Of a stretch of DNA of 64,000 nt, positions 53,842-63,446 are shown in pieces. The stretch is from a virus. Made by a program: the position numbers and the translations under genes. The notes beneath the pieces were generated by a model. It saw only the letters and a program-made list of their open reading frames with translations. It did no database searches and was not told the origin of the DNA. The stretch's first letter is position 1. Each line of letters starts with the position of its first letter. The stretch spans positions 77,006 to 141,005 of IMG/VR virus record IMGVR_UViG_3300033273_000658, one strand, 5' to 3'.

Positions 53842-55079
53842 TGAAAAAGAAAATTCTAGTAAGAGGTCCTGTTTTGTCACAATCAGGATACGGCGAACAA
53901 GCTCGCTTTGCTTTGAGAGCGTTAAAGTCTCAAGAAGATAAGTTTGACATTTTTATTCTCCCTATTTCATGGGGGAAGACCGGCTGGGTATGGGAAGAGT
54001 CGGAGTTTAGACAATGGATGGATGAGAAGATCACGTTGACGCAAGTTCTCATTCAACGAAAACAACTTCAAGTTGACATGTCTTTACAAATAACAATTCC
54101 AAATGAATTTCAAAAAATGGCTCCAATCAACATTGGTTACACTGCTGGTATTGAGACTCACAAATGCTCTCCTCAGTGGTTACCAAAATGTAACGACATG
54201 GACAAAGTTTTGGTTGTTTCTAACCATGCAAAAAATTCTCTCGTCGATACAGTAGCACAAGCAACAAATCAACAAACAGGAGAAGTTTTTCCTTATAAGA
54301 TTGAGACTCCTGTTGAGGTTGTCTGGGAAAATACTCCAAGACGTGACGCTGAAGAAATCCAAGGTTTGGAGCTTAAGCACGATTTTAATTTCCTTGCTGT
54401 TTCTCAAATTTCCCCTCGTAAGAATTTTGAAAACATGGTGAAGTGGTTTGTTGAAGAATTTATTGATCAAGAAGTTGGTCTTGTTATTAAAACAAACCTT
54501 ATGTCAAATGCAAAAATGGATTTTGAACATACCCAAAAGAGATTAAACCAAATGTTGTCTCCATATAAAGATAGAAAGTGCTCTGTTTATTTACTACATG
54601 GAGATCTTACCGCTGGACAAATGACTGGTCTTTATCAACATGAAAAGATTAAAGGTATGATCAACATTGCTCACGGTGAAGGTTTTGGTCTTCCAATGTT
54701 TGAAGCTGCTCGTGAAGGACTTCCGATTACAACGATTGGTTGGTCTGGTCAACTTGACTTCTTGCGCCATGACAATAAAGATTATTTTCTTAAGATCAAG
54801 CATGAGTTGAAAGAAATTCAACAACAAGCCGTATGGCCTGGTGTGCTAGAGAAAGATGCAATGTGGGCAAATGCTGATCAAGGATCTTATAAGATGGCTT
54901 TGAGAATGATGCATAAGAAAAATGATGAATTGAAGAAACAAGCAGAAGAATTGAAGGTTTTGATTGGCGATAAGTTTTCTGATGAAATTCTGTTTAAATT
55001 ATTCTGTGATTCTTTAAATCTTTCGAAAGATCAGGAAAAAAATTATTTAAAATTTCTGGAGGAAATTGATGAAATGTAG
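53841..55079 (+). CDS. GT-B (GT4) glycosyltransferase
   Basis: SGYG, PRKN, HGEGFGLPMFEAAREGLP. Confidence 0.92.
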   Translation: MKKKILVRGPVLSQSGYGEQARFALRALKSQEDKFDIFILPISWGKTGWVWEESEFRQWMDEKITLTQVLIQRKQLQVDMSLQITIPNEFQKMAPINIGYTAGIETHKCSPQWLPKCNDMDKVLVVSNHAKNSLVDTVAQATNQQTGEVFPYKIETPVEVVWENTPRRDAEEIQGLELKHDFNFLAVSQISPRKNFENMVKWFVEEFIDQEVGLVIKTNLMSNAKMDFEHTQKRLNQMLSPYKDRKCSVYLLHGDLTAGQMTGLYQHEKIKGMINIAHGEGFGLPMFEAAREGLPITTIGWSGQLDFLRHDNKDYFLKIKHELKEIQQQAVWPGVLEKDAMWANADQGSYKMALRMMHKKNDELKKQAEELKVLIGDKFSDEILFKLFCDSLNLSKDQEKNYLKFLEEIDEM

Positions 55080-56052
55080 TATTATTTTAACCGGAAAGAA
55101 TGACAACTATGGTGGCCATTTTGACGAAAGATTGATTTTAACGACTAAGTATAACACTAAAAAACTAAAAAAAGCTGGTGTTGATTGTGAGATTGTTTTT
55201 GTAGAATGGAATCCCATTGAAGGCAAGCCTCTTCTTTCTGAGAAACTAGTTAACACCTTTGAAGAAATTAAATGCTATGTTGTAAAAGAAGAAGTACACA
55301 AGCAGATTAGAGGCGAATATGATCACATGTCTTTCTTGGAGTTCTTTGCAAAGAACTTGGGAATAAGAAAGGCCACTGGGGACATTCTTATTTGCACAAA
55401 TGCTGACGTATTTTATGGACAACCAGTTATTGACTTTTTATCAAAGGGACGGTTTCGCGACGACACGATCTATAGAGCCGAGCGAAGAGATATTAGGTTT
55501 CATAAGCTTCGCGGAATGGGAGATATCAATTTTGACCTAGCGACTTTTAGGAACAACCCTGTTGGCGGAAAACCTTATGTGGATGCTAGTGGCGATTTCA
55601 CAATGGCAACAAAGGAGGCGTTCTTGGATATTGGCGGATATGACGAACAACAAAGGTTTGTTAAGATCCACAAAGACTCTAGGATTCTTTTTACTGCCCT
55701 TAAAAAAGGGTACGATTTTAGATTGATTGGTAAGATCTATCACATTGATCACGAGGGAAGTGCAGTAGGAACGTCCGGAAATCTATCTAACTACAGGTCA
55801 ACAAATGGTCCCTATAATTGGAAATATTTCTTAAACTTACCTTACAAAAATAGTGCATATTGGGGATTTAATGGCAACTCAAAGGAGGAAGAAATATTAA
55901 AAAACATATTTAATGTAACTTTTTCAGAACATTTTGATCTAGACTCTTATGGTTTTAAGGATAGAGAATATATGTTGGAAGGTCTTACTAAAGAAGAGCA
56001 GTTTGAATACTTTAAGCTTGCAAGAAAAGAAATAGATAAACTTGGTTTATAA
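55069..56052 (+). CDS. GT-A-like glycosyltransferase
   Basis: KNDNYGG, KNLGIRKATGD, TNADV, IGGYDE. Confidence 0.75.
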   Translation: MKCSIILTGKNDNYGGHFDERLILTTKYNTKKLKKAGVDCEIVFVEWNPIEGKPLLSEKLVNTFEEIKCYVVKEEVHKQIRGEYDHMSFLEFFAKNLGIRKATGDILICTNADVFYGQPVIDFLSKGRFRDDTIYRAERRDIRFHKLRGMGDINFDLATFRNNPVGGKPYVDASGDFTMATKEAFLDIGGYDEQQRFVKIHKDSRILFTALKKGYDFRLIGKIYHIDHEGSAVGTSGNLSNYRSTNGPYNWKYFLNLPYKNSAYWGFNGNSKEEEILKNIFNVTFSEHFDLDSYGFKDREYMLEGLTKEEQFEYFKLARKEIDKLGL

Positions 56053-57167
56053 TGGAGAATATAATGGAAAAAATATCAGTTATCGGTATTGGAAAATTAG
56101 GGCTTTGCTTTGCCCTAACTTTAGAAAAAGCAGGATTTGAAGTCTTGGGAGCAGATATTAATCAGCAATATGTTGACTTAATTAATTCGAAAGAATTTAA
56201 CTCTATGGAGCCTGGTGTAAATGAAATGTTGACCGTGTCCTCAAATTTTACAGCAACAACTGACCTTAGAGCCACTGTTGAGTTCAGCGACTCATTGTAT
56301 GTTGTAGTTGCAACACCTTCTCTGCCAAATGGAGAGTATAATCACTCACAACTTGAGTCATTGATTGAAAACTTGAATTCTTTTGGAAAGCAACCTTCTC
56401 TTAAGCAGTTGGTGATCTGCTGCACAACGATGCCAGAGTATTGTGATGAAATCCAAGACCGTGTGGCTCACTTAAACTACGAGGTATCTTATAATCCTGA
56501 ATTTATTGCGCAAGGTACAATTCTAAAAGATCAATTAAAGCCCGACATGGTTTTGATTGGCGAGTCAAATAAAGAATCGGGAGACATTATACAGCGACAC
56601 TATGAAGCAATGACAGCGAATGATCCTATTTTTAATAGAATGTCACGAACTCAAGCTGAAATCTGTAAAATTTCTCTTAATTGTTTTTTAACAACAAAAA
56701 TCTCTTTTGCTAACATGATTGGTGACATCTGTAGAAATGCTGGTTGCGATCCTACTTTAGTATTAAAAGCAGTTGGTACTGATAAGCGTGTATCTCCAAA
56801 ATATCTTGGTTATGGCTATGGCTATGGTGGACCTTGTTTTCCACGAGACAATAGAGCTTTAGGTCACTATGCACTTAAAAAAGGTGTTGATCCTTTCATC
56901 TGCAAAGCAACGGATGACATGAATAGTAAGCACCTGATAAATCAGTATAATTTGTTTATTAAAGAGAATGATGTTTCGACACCAGTTCATTTTGATTACG
57001 TTACTTACAAAAAAGAATCAACAATGCTTGAAGAATCTCAACAACTTGAACTAGCTGTGATGTTGGCAAAAACCGGATACGATGTAACAGTTACAGAAAG
57101 ACCAGTTGTAATTGAAGAGTTGAAAAATAGATTCGGAGATTTGTTTAAATACAAGGTAGGCAAGTAA
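56052..57167 (+). CDS. UDP-glucose/GDP-mannose dehydrogenase family
   Basis: GIGKLG, VATP, YNPEF, KISFAN, GYGGPCFPRD. Confidence 0.93.
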   Translation: MENIMEKISVIGIGKLGLCFALTLEKAGFEVLGADINQQYVDLINSKEFNSMEPGVNEMLTVSSNFTATTDLRATVEFSDSLYVVVATPSLPNGEYNHSQLESLIENLNSFGKQPSLKQLVICCTTMPEYCDEIQDRVAHLNYEVSYNPEFIAQGTILKDQLKPDMVLIGESNKESGDIIQRHYEAMTANDPIFNRMSRTQAEICKISLNCFLTTKISFANMIGDICRNAGCDPTLVLKAVGTDKRVSPKYLGYGYGYGGPCFPRDNRALGHYALKKGVDPFICKATDDMNSKHLINQYNLFIKENDVSTPVHFDYVTYKKESTMLEESQQLELAVMLAKTGYDVTVTERPVVIEELKNRFGDLFKYKVGK

Positions 57168-57889
57168 TGAAACATTTTTTAGAGAATAAAAATAAATGGC
57201 TAACAATGCCCGCTGGACGTAGAGCTCAAAATGTAGAACAATTATTAGAATTAAATGACGATCAATTGTACAGTCAATACCTTTCTTATACTAAGTTTTG
57301 GATTGAAGAGAGAGGGTGGGAATATAAGCGTTATAGTAAATTATTCAAAGACAAAGATGTAGTTGAAGTTGGAAGTGGCTTAGGGTTTGATGGTATGATT
57401 TATCAGAACTTTGCAAAATCTTGGACGTATGTTGATATTAGTGAGAAGCAGATTGAGTTTGTAAAAAGAATAAATAAAGTTTTCCTTAAAGAAAAATTCT
57501 CAGAAGATAAATTTGATTACGTTTTATTAAAAGATCCGGAGACTCAGGACATGCCAAAACAGTTTGATGCTCTATATTCTCATGGTGTCCTTCATCATGT
57601 CCCTCTAGATTTTGCAAAAAAAGAATTTGAAAACTTTAATCGATTTTTAAAAAATAATGCTGATGTAGTTTTATTGATGTATCCTAAAGAACGCTGGGAA
57701 GATTGTGGAAAGCCTTCTTTTGAAAGATTTGGAGATTTTACTGATTTCGGTTGCCCATGGGCAGAGTATTATGATTCTGAAAAAATTTATGATCTTGTTG
57801 GAAAAGAATTTGAGATTATTGAAGAAATACCATGGGGAGCAATGAATAGAGAATTTATTAACTTTGAGTTAAAAAAGGAATCAAAATAA
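57167..57889 (+). CDS. Class I SAM-dependent methyltransferase
   Basis: VVEVGSGLG, VDIS, FDALYSHGVLHH. Confidence 0.88.
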   Translation: MKHFLENKNKWLTMPAGRRAQNVEQLLELNDDQLYSQYLSYTKFWIEERGWEYKRYSKLFKDKDVVEVGSGLGFDGMIYQNFAKSWTYVDISEKQIEFVKRINKVFLKEKFSEDKFDYVLLKDPETQDMPKQFDALYSHGVLHHVPLDFAKKEFENFNRFLKNNADVVLLMYPKERWEDCGKPSFERFGDFTDFGCPWAEYYDSEKIYDLVGKEFEIIEEIPWGAMNREFINFELKKESK

Positions 57890-58542
57890 TGATTAATTTA
57901 AATAAAAAAATAATTTTTATAGCAAATCCTAAAAGTGGTAGTGACTCTATAAGGCATTTCTTAAGAAGCCTAGGTTTTATTAGTGAAAGGCAATTTTTAG
58001 ATGACAATAAGTTCAAAAAAATTTGTGATAAATATGTAAAAGATTTAGAAATTAAAAAATGGACAACAAGAGAAGACCAAAAAGAACATTTAAGTTGTTT
58101 TTTATATAAAAAGTATTTATCCGAAAATACAAACCTCAGATGGGAAGAATTCTCGGTTTTTTCAACAATAAGGAATCCATGGACGAGAGTCGTTTCAGCT
58201 TTTCATTATGCTAAGAAAAAAGGAATGATACCAAATCAGTCTTTTGCGGATTACGTAATGAATCCTACTTTTATACACACAAGAAGTTTTGATTTTATGT
58301 TTAAAGAAGAAAACAATTTATTGTGCACAAAATTTTTAAAAACCGAAAATCTAAACAATGAAATTATTGATCATCTGAAATTATTAGGGTTTAACGATTT
58401 AGAATTTCCAAATAAAACAAATGTTGGTAATTATAAAAAAAATTATAAATCATACTATAACGAACATTTAAAAAATTTAGTTTATGAGTCAAACAGAGAA
58501 GTTATAGAATTGTTCGATTATAGCTTTGAAGAATTATCATAG
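57889..58542 (+). CDS. Sulfotransferase family protein
   Basis: FIANPKSGSDSI (5'-PSB), RNPWTRVVSAF (3'-PB). Confidence 0.85.
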   Translation: MINLNKKIIFIANPKSGSDSIRHFLRSLGFISERQFLDDNKFKKICDKYVKDLEIKKWTTREDQKEHLSCFLYKKYLSENTNLRWEEFSVFSTIRNPWTRVVSAFHYAKKKGMIPNQSFADYVMNPTFIHTRSFDFMFKEENNLLCTKFLKTENLNNEIIDHLKLLGFNDLEFPNKTNVGNYKKNYKSYYNEHLKNLVYESNREVIELFDYSFEELS

Positions 58543-58550
58543 GAGTTAAA

Positions 58551-59564
58551 ATGAAAAAAGCATTAGTACTAGGCGCAGGTGGCTTTATTGGCGGTCACCT
58601 GGTCAAATATTTAAAAGCCAAAGGTTATTGGGTGCGTGGTGTAGATCTCAAGTATAACGAATTTCATAAAATAGATGAGATAGCAGATCACTTTGTGATC
58701 GGAGACCTAAGAGATCCCTACGTAGTTGCTGCTGTAGTTGACAAAGGTGTCGATGAAATCTATCAACTCGCTGCGGACATGGGTGGCGCTGGTTTTGTTT
58801 TCACCGGCGAAAATGATGCTGACATTATGCACAACTCAGCTTTGATTAATTTAAATGTTGCGCATGAAGCAGTAAAAAAAGGGGCAAAGCGAGTATTCTA
58901 TTCTTCTTCAGCATGTATGTATCCAGAACATAATCAGTTGGATCCTGATAATCCAAATTGTGTAGAAGACTCTGCTTATCCTGCAAATCCAGATTCAGAG
59001 TATGGTTGGGAAAAATTATTTTCTGAACGGCTGTTTTTGGCTTTTGCAAGAAACAAAGGTTTGACTGTTCGTGTTGCACGTTTTCATAACATTTTTGGTG
59101 AATGTGGTACTTGGACTGGTGGACGCGAGAAAGCTCCGGCTGCGTTTTGCCGTAAAGTTGCCGAAGCGAAAGAAGGCGAATCAATTGAGATTTGGGGACC
59201 TGGTACTCAAACAAGATCTTTCTTACACGTCAGTGAATGTTGTGAAGCGGTATATCGTTTTATGCATTCTGATTTTGAAGGGCCTGTTAACATTGGTTCC
59301 GAAGAAATGATTGCAATTAATGATTTTGCAAAAATGGCTATTGAAATTTCAGGCAAAGATTTGAGTCTCTATAACATTGACGGAGAAGAATTTGTTGCAA
59401 AATATGGTCACAAATGCCCAATCGGAGTCAACGGTAGAAACTCAGATAACAATTTATACAGAGAGAGAGTTGGATGGGAAGTCTCGCAACCCCTTATTGA
59501 GGGAATGAAAAAAACCTATCAGTGGATCAAAAAACAAGTGGAGTTGAAAAATGAAAGATCATAA
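58551..59564 (+). CDS. NAD-dependent epimerase, GDP-mannose 3,5-epimerase-like
   Basis: GAGGFIG, LAADMGGAGF, YSSSACMYP, YGWEKL, GGREKAPAAFCRK. Confidence 0.92.
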   Translation: MKKALVLGAGGFIGGHLVKYLKAKGYWVRGVDLKYNEFHKIDEIADHFVIGDLRDPYVVAAVVDKGVDEIYQLAADMGGAGFVFTGENDADIMHNSALINLNVAHEAVKKGAKRVFYSSSACMYPEHNQLDPDNPNCVEDSAYPANPDSEYGWEKLFSERLFLAFARNKGLTVRVARFHNIFGECGTWTGGREKAPAAFCRKVAEAKEGESIEIWGPGTQTRSFLHVSECCEAVYRFMHSDFEGPVNIGSEEMIAINDFAKMAIEISGKDLSLYNIDGEEFVAKYGHKCPIGVNGRNSDNNLYRERVGWEVSQPLIEGMKKTYQWIKKQVELKNERS

Positions 59565-59763
59565 ATTATCAAATCAAGCTGTTGGAGCAATCATGATGGC
59601 ACTACAAAAGTCTCTTATGGAGCAAACAGACATCGTACCTGTTCTTCGTAGTTTCAATGTTCAAATCGATGATGCAGGAGAATTGGTTGTAATGAATCCA
59701 CCAGTTGTTCAAGCACCAGAACAAAAAACAAAAATTATAACTGACATTGATGGGCCATTATAG
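59551..59763 (+). CDS. Hypothetical protein
   Basis: GGAG RBS. Confidence 0.7.
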   Translation: MKDHKLSNQAVGAIMMALQKSLMEQTDIVPVLRSFNVQIDDAGELVVMNPPVVQAPEQKTKIITDIDGPL

Positions 59764-60017
59764 TGCCTAGATACGTTTATAAATGCTCTTATTGTGAAGG
59801 TGAGATGGAGGTAAGGCACGAGATGTCGGAACGCCTTACAGACTGTAAACTCTGTGAAATGAAGGAAACTTTGACCAGAATTCCACAGTTCACCAACATT
59901 GTGAGAAAGCAAGAACAGGGTGAGAAAAAGACCGGCTCTCTTGTAAAAGAATACATCGAAGAAAACAAGAGAATCTTGAAAGAAGAAAGAAAAGTGAGAG
60001 TAGAATATAATGAGTAG
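59763..60017 (+). CDS. FmdB-like zinc-ribbon protein
   Basis: MPRYVYKCSYC...CKLC. Confidence 0.8.
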   Translation: MPRYVYKCSYCEGEMEVRHEMSERLTDCKLCEMKETLTRIPQFTNIVRKQEQGEKKTGSLVKEYIEENKRILKEERKVRVEYNE

Positions 60018-60402
60018 CACCGTAATTTTAATAACAGTCTTGGTGGGATCGTTGATTTTCAACGGTGTCATGTACTGGTATTTACGCCAATTAACTCAAA
60101 AACTATCATTTATCTATCAAAACATTGGGGATGTGTCCGATATTATTGCTAATTACAGAGTGCATCTTAAGTCAGTATACTCAATGGAAATGTTTTATGG
60201 GGATGAAACATTGCAATACCTCATGGATCATACACGATCTATTTCCACTCTTCTAGAAGATTTCGAAGATCAAGAATTCTTTCTAGAAGAGTTTGAGTCC
60301 GTGGAAGAAGAAGCACCATCACAAGAGGAAGATAATAATGCCCAGACGCAAGTCCAACAAGAGAATGTATTTTACGCAGGTTCACGAAGACGCGATTCTT
60401 AA
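60010..60402 (+). CDS. Membrane-anchored hypothetical protein
   Basis: N-terminal hydrophobic helix. Confidence 0.7.
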   Translation: MSSTVILITVLVGSLIFNGVMYWYLRQLTQKLSFIYQNIGDVSDIIANYRVHLKSVYSMEMFYGDETLQYLMDHTRSISTLLEDFEDQEFFLEEFESVEEEAPSQEEDNNAQTQVQQENVFYAGSRRRDS

Positions 60403-61024
60403 ATACGCCGCTTCAAACTGTCGTAAAGAAAAAACACAACTTTATGTGAACCTTATCCAACCAGCTTTCAGTGAGATGGTTGACAAGATTGTATTCACAT
60501 ACAAATTTACAACTCTACCAAACATCGATGAGTTGAGAGAAGACTGTAAGATTTGGCTTACCACTATACTAGGAAAATACGATGTTTCTAAGAAATCTAA
60601 GGCTTTTTCCTATTTTAGTGTGATTACCAAAAACTGGTTTATTCATAAAGTAAAACAGAGAGCTAAAAGAGCAAAACGTGAAGTTGATTATGATGATGCT
60701 ATTAAGGAATTGACATTTGAACAAATAGTTTATTATGATACGCACGAACAAGAGCGTGAAAAGAGAGAATTTTGGGAACATCTTGAACTTGAAATGGACG
60801 GATGGGGCACCAACGACATGAATGAAAACGAAAGAAAAGTTTACGAAGCAATAAGAATAATTTTAAACTCAGTAGAAGACATTGACATCTTTAACAAAAA
60901 AGCAATCTATTTGTATCTCCGTGAGATTACCGGCATGAATACAAAACAAATTGTAACTCAGCTAAACAAATTTCGCAAAAAGTATCGTTTGTTTAAAGAT
61001 GATTGGGATAATGTAAATATTTAA
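60338..61024 (+). CDS. T4 gp55-like late sigma factor
   Basis: KYDVSKKSKAFSYFSVITKNWFIHKV resembles the sigma region 2 F/YD....NAF.YF..I motif; sits just before structural genes. Confidence 0.65.
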   Translation: MPRRKSNKRMYFTQVHEDAILKYAASNCRKEKTQLYVNLIQPAFSEMVDKIVFTYKFTTLPNIDELREDCKIWLTTILGKYDVSKKSKAFSYFSVITKNWFIHKVKQRAKRAKREVDYDDAIKELTFEQIVYYDTHEQEREKREFWEHLELEMDGWGTNDMNENERKVYEAIRIILNSVEDIDIFNKKAIYLYLREITGMNTKQIVTQLNKFRKKYRLFKDDWDNVNI

Positions 61025-61041
61025 CAAAAACTATTTATAGC

Positions 61042-61329
61042 ATGAGTAAAAAAGTAGATGAACACTTAAAAGAAGCACTTGATAACATCCGAGAGGACCG
61101 CAAGATAACACGCGAACTCCTTGACGATGCTATCAAGTTTGTTGTAAAAGATGAAGCAAGACATCAACAAATTGGTCTTACACTCGCAAAGTATGTTGAG
61201 ACGCTTCAAAGATCAAACGAGCAAATTGTAAAAATTGCTACATTGATGTCAAAGAATGAAAAAACACAAGGATTAACTGAAGATGACATGGAAGACATTT
61301 ATTCCATGATTAAAGAAGAGGATGAATAA
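61042..61329 (+). CDS. Hypothetical helical protein
   Basis: Preceded by CTATTTA at 61031. Confidence 0.75.
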   Translation: MSKKVDEHLKEALDNIREDRKITRELLDDAIKFVVKDEARHQQIGLTLAKYVETLQRSNEQIVKIATLMSKNEKTQGLTEDDMEDIYSMIKEEDE

Positions 61330-62489
61330 TGGCTTCGTACGAATTCTTCACATCTTTTTATGCTGCTCTGTCAGATCCAAGTGCCTATGTTTCATTTCAA
61401 AGAGAAATGAACACCAAAGCTGTTGAGCAGGTGTTTTTCAATTCTTTAGCAGGAAAAACTAATTTTTTGGCAGTTGTTTTGGCCACTACAGCTGGAACTC
61501 TACAGACAAGAGCTGATAACTTAAAAACCTTAAGGGTCCGCCCATTAGAAATTCATGACTTTATTATACCGGAACCTTGTGTTTTTGATTTACCAGAAGA
61601 AAGAAAAAGAGCCGTAGCTTTACACCCTGTTGCTTTTCCTGATTCTACATATAAGTTTTTTGGCGGTAATGAAGAGGGTACAAACCCATTGGCTCTTGGA
61701 CACATAGTTGAGTGTTTCTTTGGAGATGGTCCACAAAATAGTGGTCGAATGAGAGCATTAAATTATAGACCAACTGTTGTTGGAACTTCTAGATTAAATT
61801 TGTCATGCTTAGAGGGGGCTGAAATTTTTGGAGAAGCCCAAAATGCATTTTCAGATGGTGGTTATAATCCTAATAATGAGACTATGGGTGCTCCGTCTAA
61901 AGTAGCAGAGGATTTGAGATCGGATCCAAAATATTCTCTAGAACCAAGAGGTGTTAAAGTTATGGCACCAAAACATATTGTTATACACTACGGAACCAGT
62001 AGAAATGGACTTGGTGATCAGAAGTACGGAGCTAAAAGGGGCGCTGGTTATCACTATGCTGTATCTAGAGAAGGAAAATCTTATTATTTCAACGATGATA
62101 CTAAAGCAGTATACCATGCATCAAATACATATTTTAACAACAATGCAATTGCAATTAATTTTGTAAATGTTGGGTATGAAAGACAAGGATTTCCAGCTGA
62201 ATCTGATTGGATACAAGGAACAAACCAGTACTCTAAACATTCTGCAAAGTGGCAACCTTACACCAACGAACAGTATAATAAAGGAGCAGAACTGATTGCT
62301 GAGATTTGTAAAAAACATGGTCTAGACCCAAAAGGAAAAACCAATGGATATCCAACGATAGTCGGGCATGATTATGTAACAGTAGAAGTATCTCAATATC
62401 ACAAGAAAAATAGATCAAAAGTAAAATCAGATCCCGGCCCAGCATTTGATATTGAAAACTTAAGAAAACTATCAAAATCAAAAATGTAA
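61329..62489 (+). CDS. Virion-associated lysin-like protein: unknown N-terminal domain plus Amidase_2
   Basis: HIVIHY, YHYAVSREG, VYHA, IVGH, KSDPGPAF. Confidence 0.8.
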   Translation: MASYEFFTSFYAALSDPSAYVSFQREMNTKAVEQVFFNSLAGKTNFLAVVLATTAGTLQTRADNLKTLRVRPLEIHDFIIPEPCVFDLPEERKRAVALHPVAFPDSTYKFFGGNEEGTNPLALGHIVECFFGDGPQNSGRMRALNYRPTVVGTSRLNLSCLEGAEIFGEAQNAFSDGGYNPNNETMGAPSKVAEDLRSDPKYSLEPRGVKVMAPKHIVIHYGTSRNGLGDQKYGAKRGAGYHYAVSREGKSYYFNDDTKAVYHASNTYFNNNAIAINFVNVGYERQGFPAESDWIQGTNQYSKHSAKWQPYTNEQYNKGAELIAEICKKHGLDPKGKTNGYPTIVGHDYVTVEVSQYHKKNRSKVKSDPGPAFDIENLRKLSKSKM

Positions 62490-62503
62490 AAATGGAGTAA
62501 ATT

Positions 62504-63439
62504 ATGCGATCTGAGAAATACCTTCGCAACTTATTATTAGAAAGAAATATAACTGCCGACAAAGATAGAAAAGAAGTGCTCATGGGTGCAGGAGCAATGT
62601 ATTGTTCGGATTATCCGGAGAAAATTCCAAGGTTTGACATAGCACCATGTGAAAGTATAAAAGAAGGTAATCATAATTCTTGCATTGTTTTAGGCAGAGA
62701 CAGAAATGCTTCTTGGGCTTCAGGTGCAGGAGGCGATGGAATGCTGCAATCTGGTATGATAGATTTGGTTGCCGGAAGGGGTCAATTAATAATGTCACAA
62801 AATCCAGAAGAAAAACCCTTAAGGTTTATAGACCAAGAGCATGGCATAGGCCCATCGTTTGTCACAGATGCAGCGAGAGTATACATAACACAGAAAGCAA
62901 AAAACATAGATCAATACTTTGGTTTGAACGAAACTGAGGGCAGAACTTCCGCTTTCAAATCAGCTGTTGGTATAAAAGCTGATCATGTTAGGATTTTGGG
63001 AAGAGAAAAAGTTAAAATTTTTTGCGGTGCAGGTAATTGGGAAGGATTTGAAAAAGGCGTAGGAGAAACAAATTGTTTAGGTCAACCACTAGCTAGAGGT
63101 AGAATTGAATTGCAAGTAGGAAATAATTCAAAACTACAACCAACAGTTCTGGGAGAAAATCTTGTAGAACACTTGAAAAAGATAGATGATGAAATGAAAA
63201 AACTACATAAAATGATTCAAGATGCTCACATTAATTTAAGTATCATTAATAGCACAGTTGGCGCTGTCATCCCAGGCGCTGCTGCTGTAACTGTTCCTCT
63301 GACAAAACAAAACATCACCAATACATTTGATGGTATTGTTTCTGTAATAAATCTTTATATAAAACAAATGGAATCACTAGATTCTGATTTGATCCCAGGC
63401 TCCAACCACATTCTAAGCAAAACAGTATTTACAACGTGA
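62504..63439 (+). CDS. Putative baseplate hub/spike-related protein
   Basis: IVLGRDR, DAARVYI, IKADHVRI, QPTVLGENL; follows the lysin gene; inference. Confidence 0.5.
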   Translation: MRSEKYLRNLLLERNITADKDRKEVLMGAGAMYCSDYPEKIPRFDIAPCESIKEGNHNSCIVLGRDRNASWASGAGGDGMLQSGMIDLVAGRGQLIMSQNPEEKPLRFIDQEHGIGPSFVTDAARVYITQKAKNIDQYFGLNETEGRTSAFKSAVGIKADHVRILGREKVKIFCGAGNWEGFEKGVGETNCLGQPLARGRIELQVGNNSKLQPTVLGENLVEHLKKIDDEMKKLHKMIQDAHINLSIINSTVGAVIPGAAAVTVPLTKQNITNTFDGIVSVINLYIKQMESLDSDLIPGSNHILSKTVFTT

Positions 63440-63446
63440 GAGTTAT

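Noticed and set aside
42940-59564. Eukaryotic giant-virus origin suggested by PMM, GME and sulfotransferase
   Set aside because: Shine-Dalgarno sites, sigma70 promoters, translational coupling and peptidoglycan amidases indicate a bacteriophage
64-62798. Minus-strand ORFs in the track
   Set aside because: Nearly all are shadows of longer + strand genes or of repeats, with no recognisable motifs
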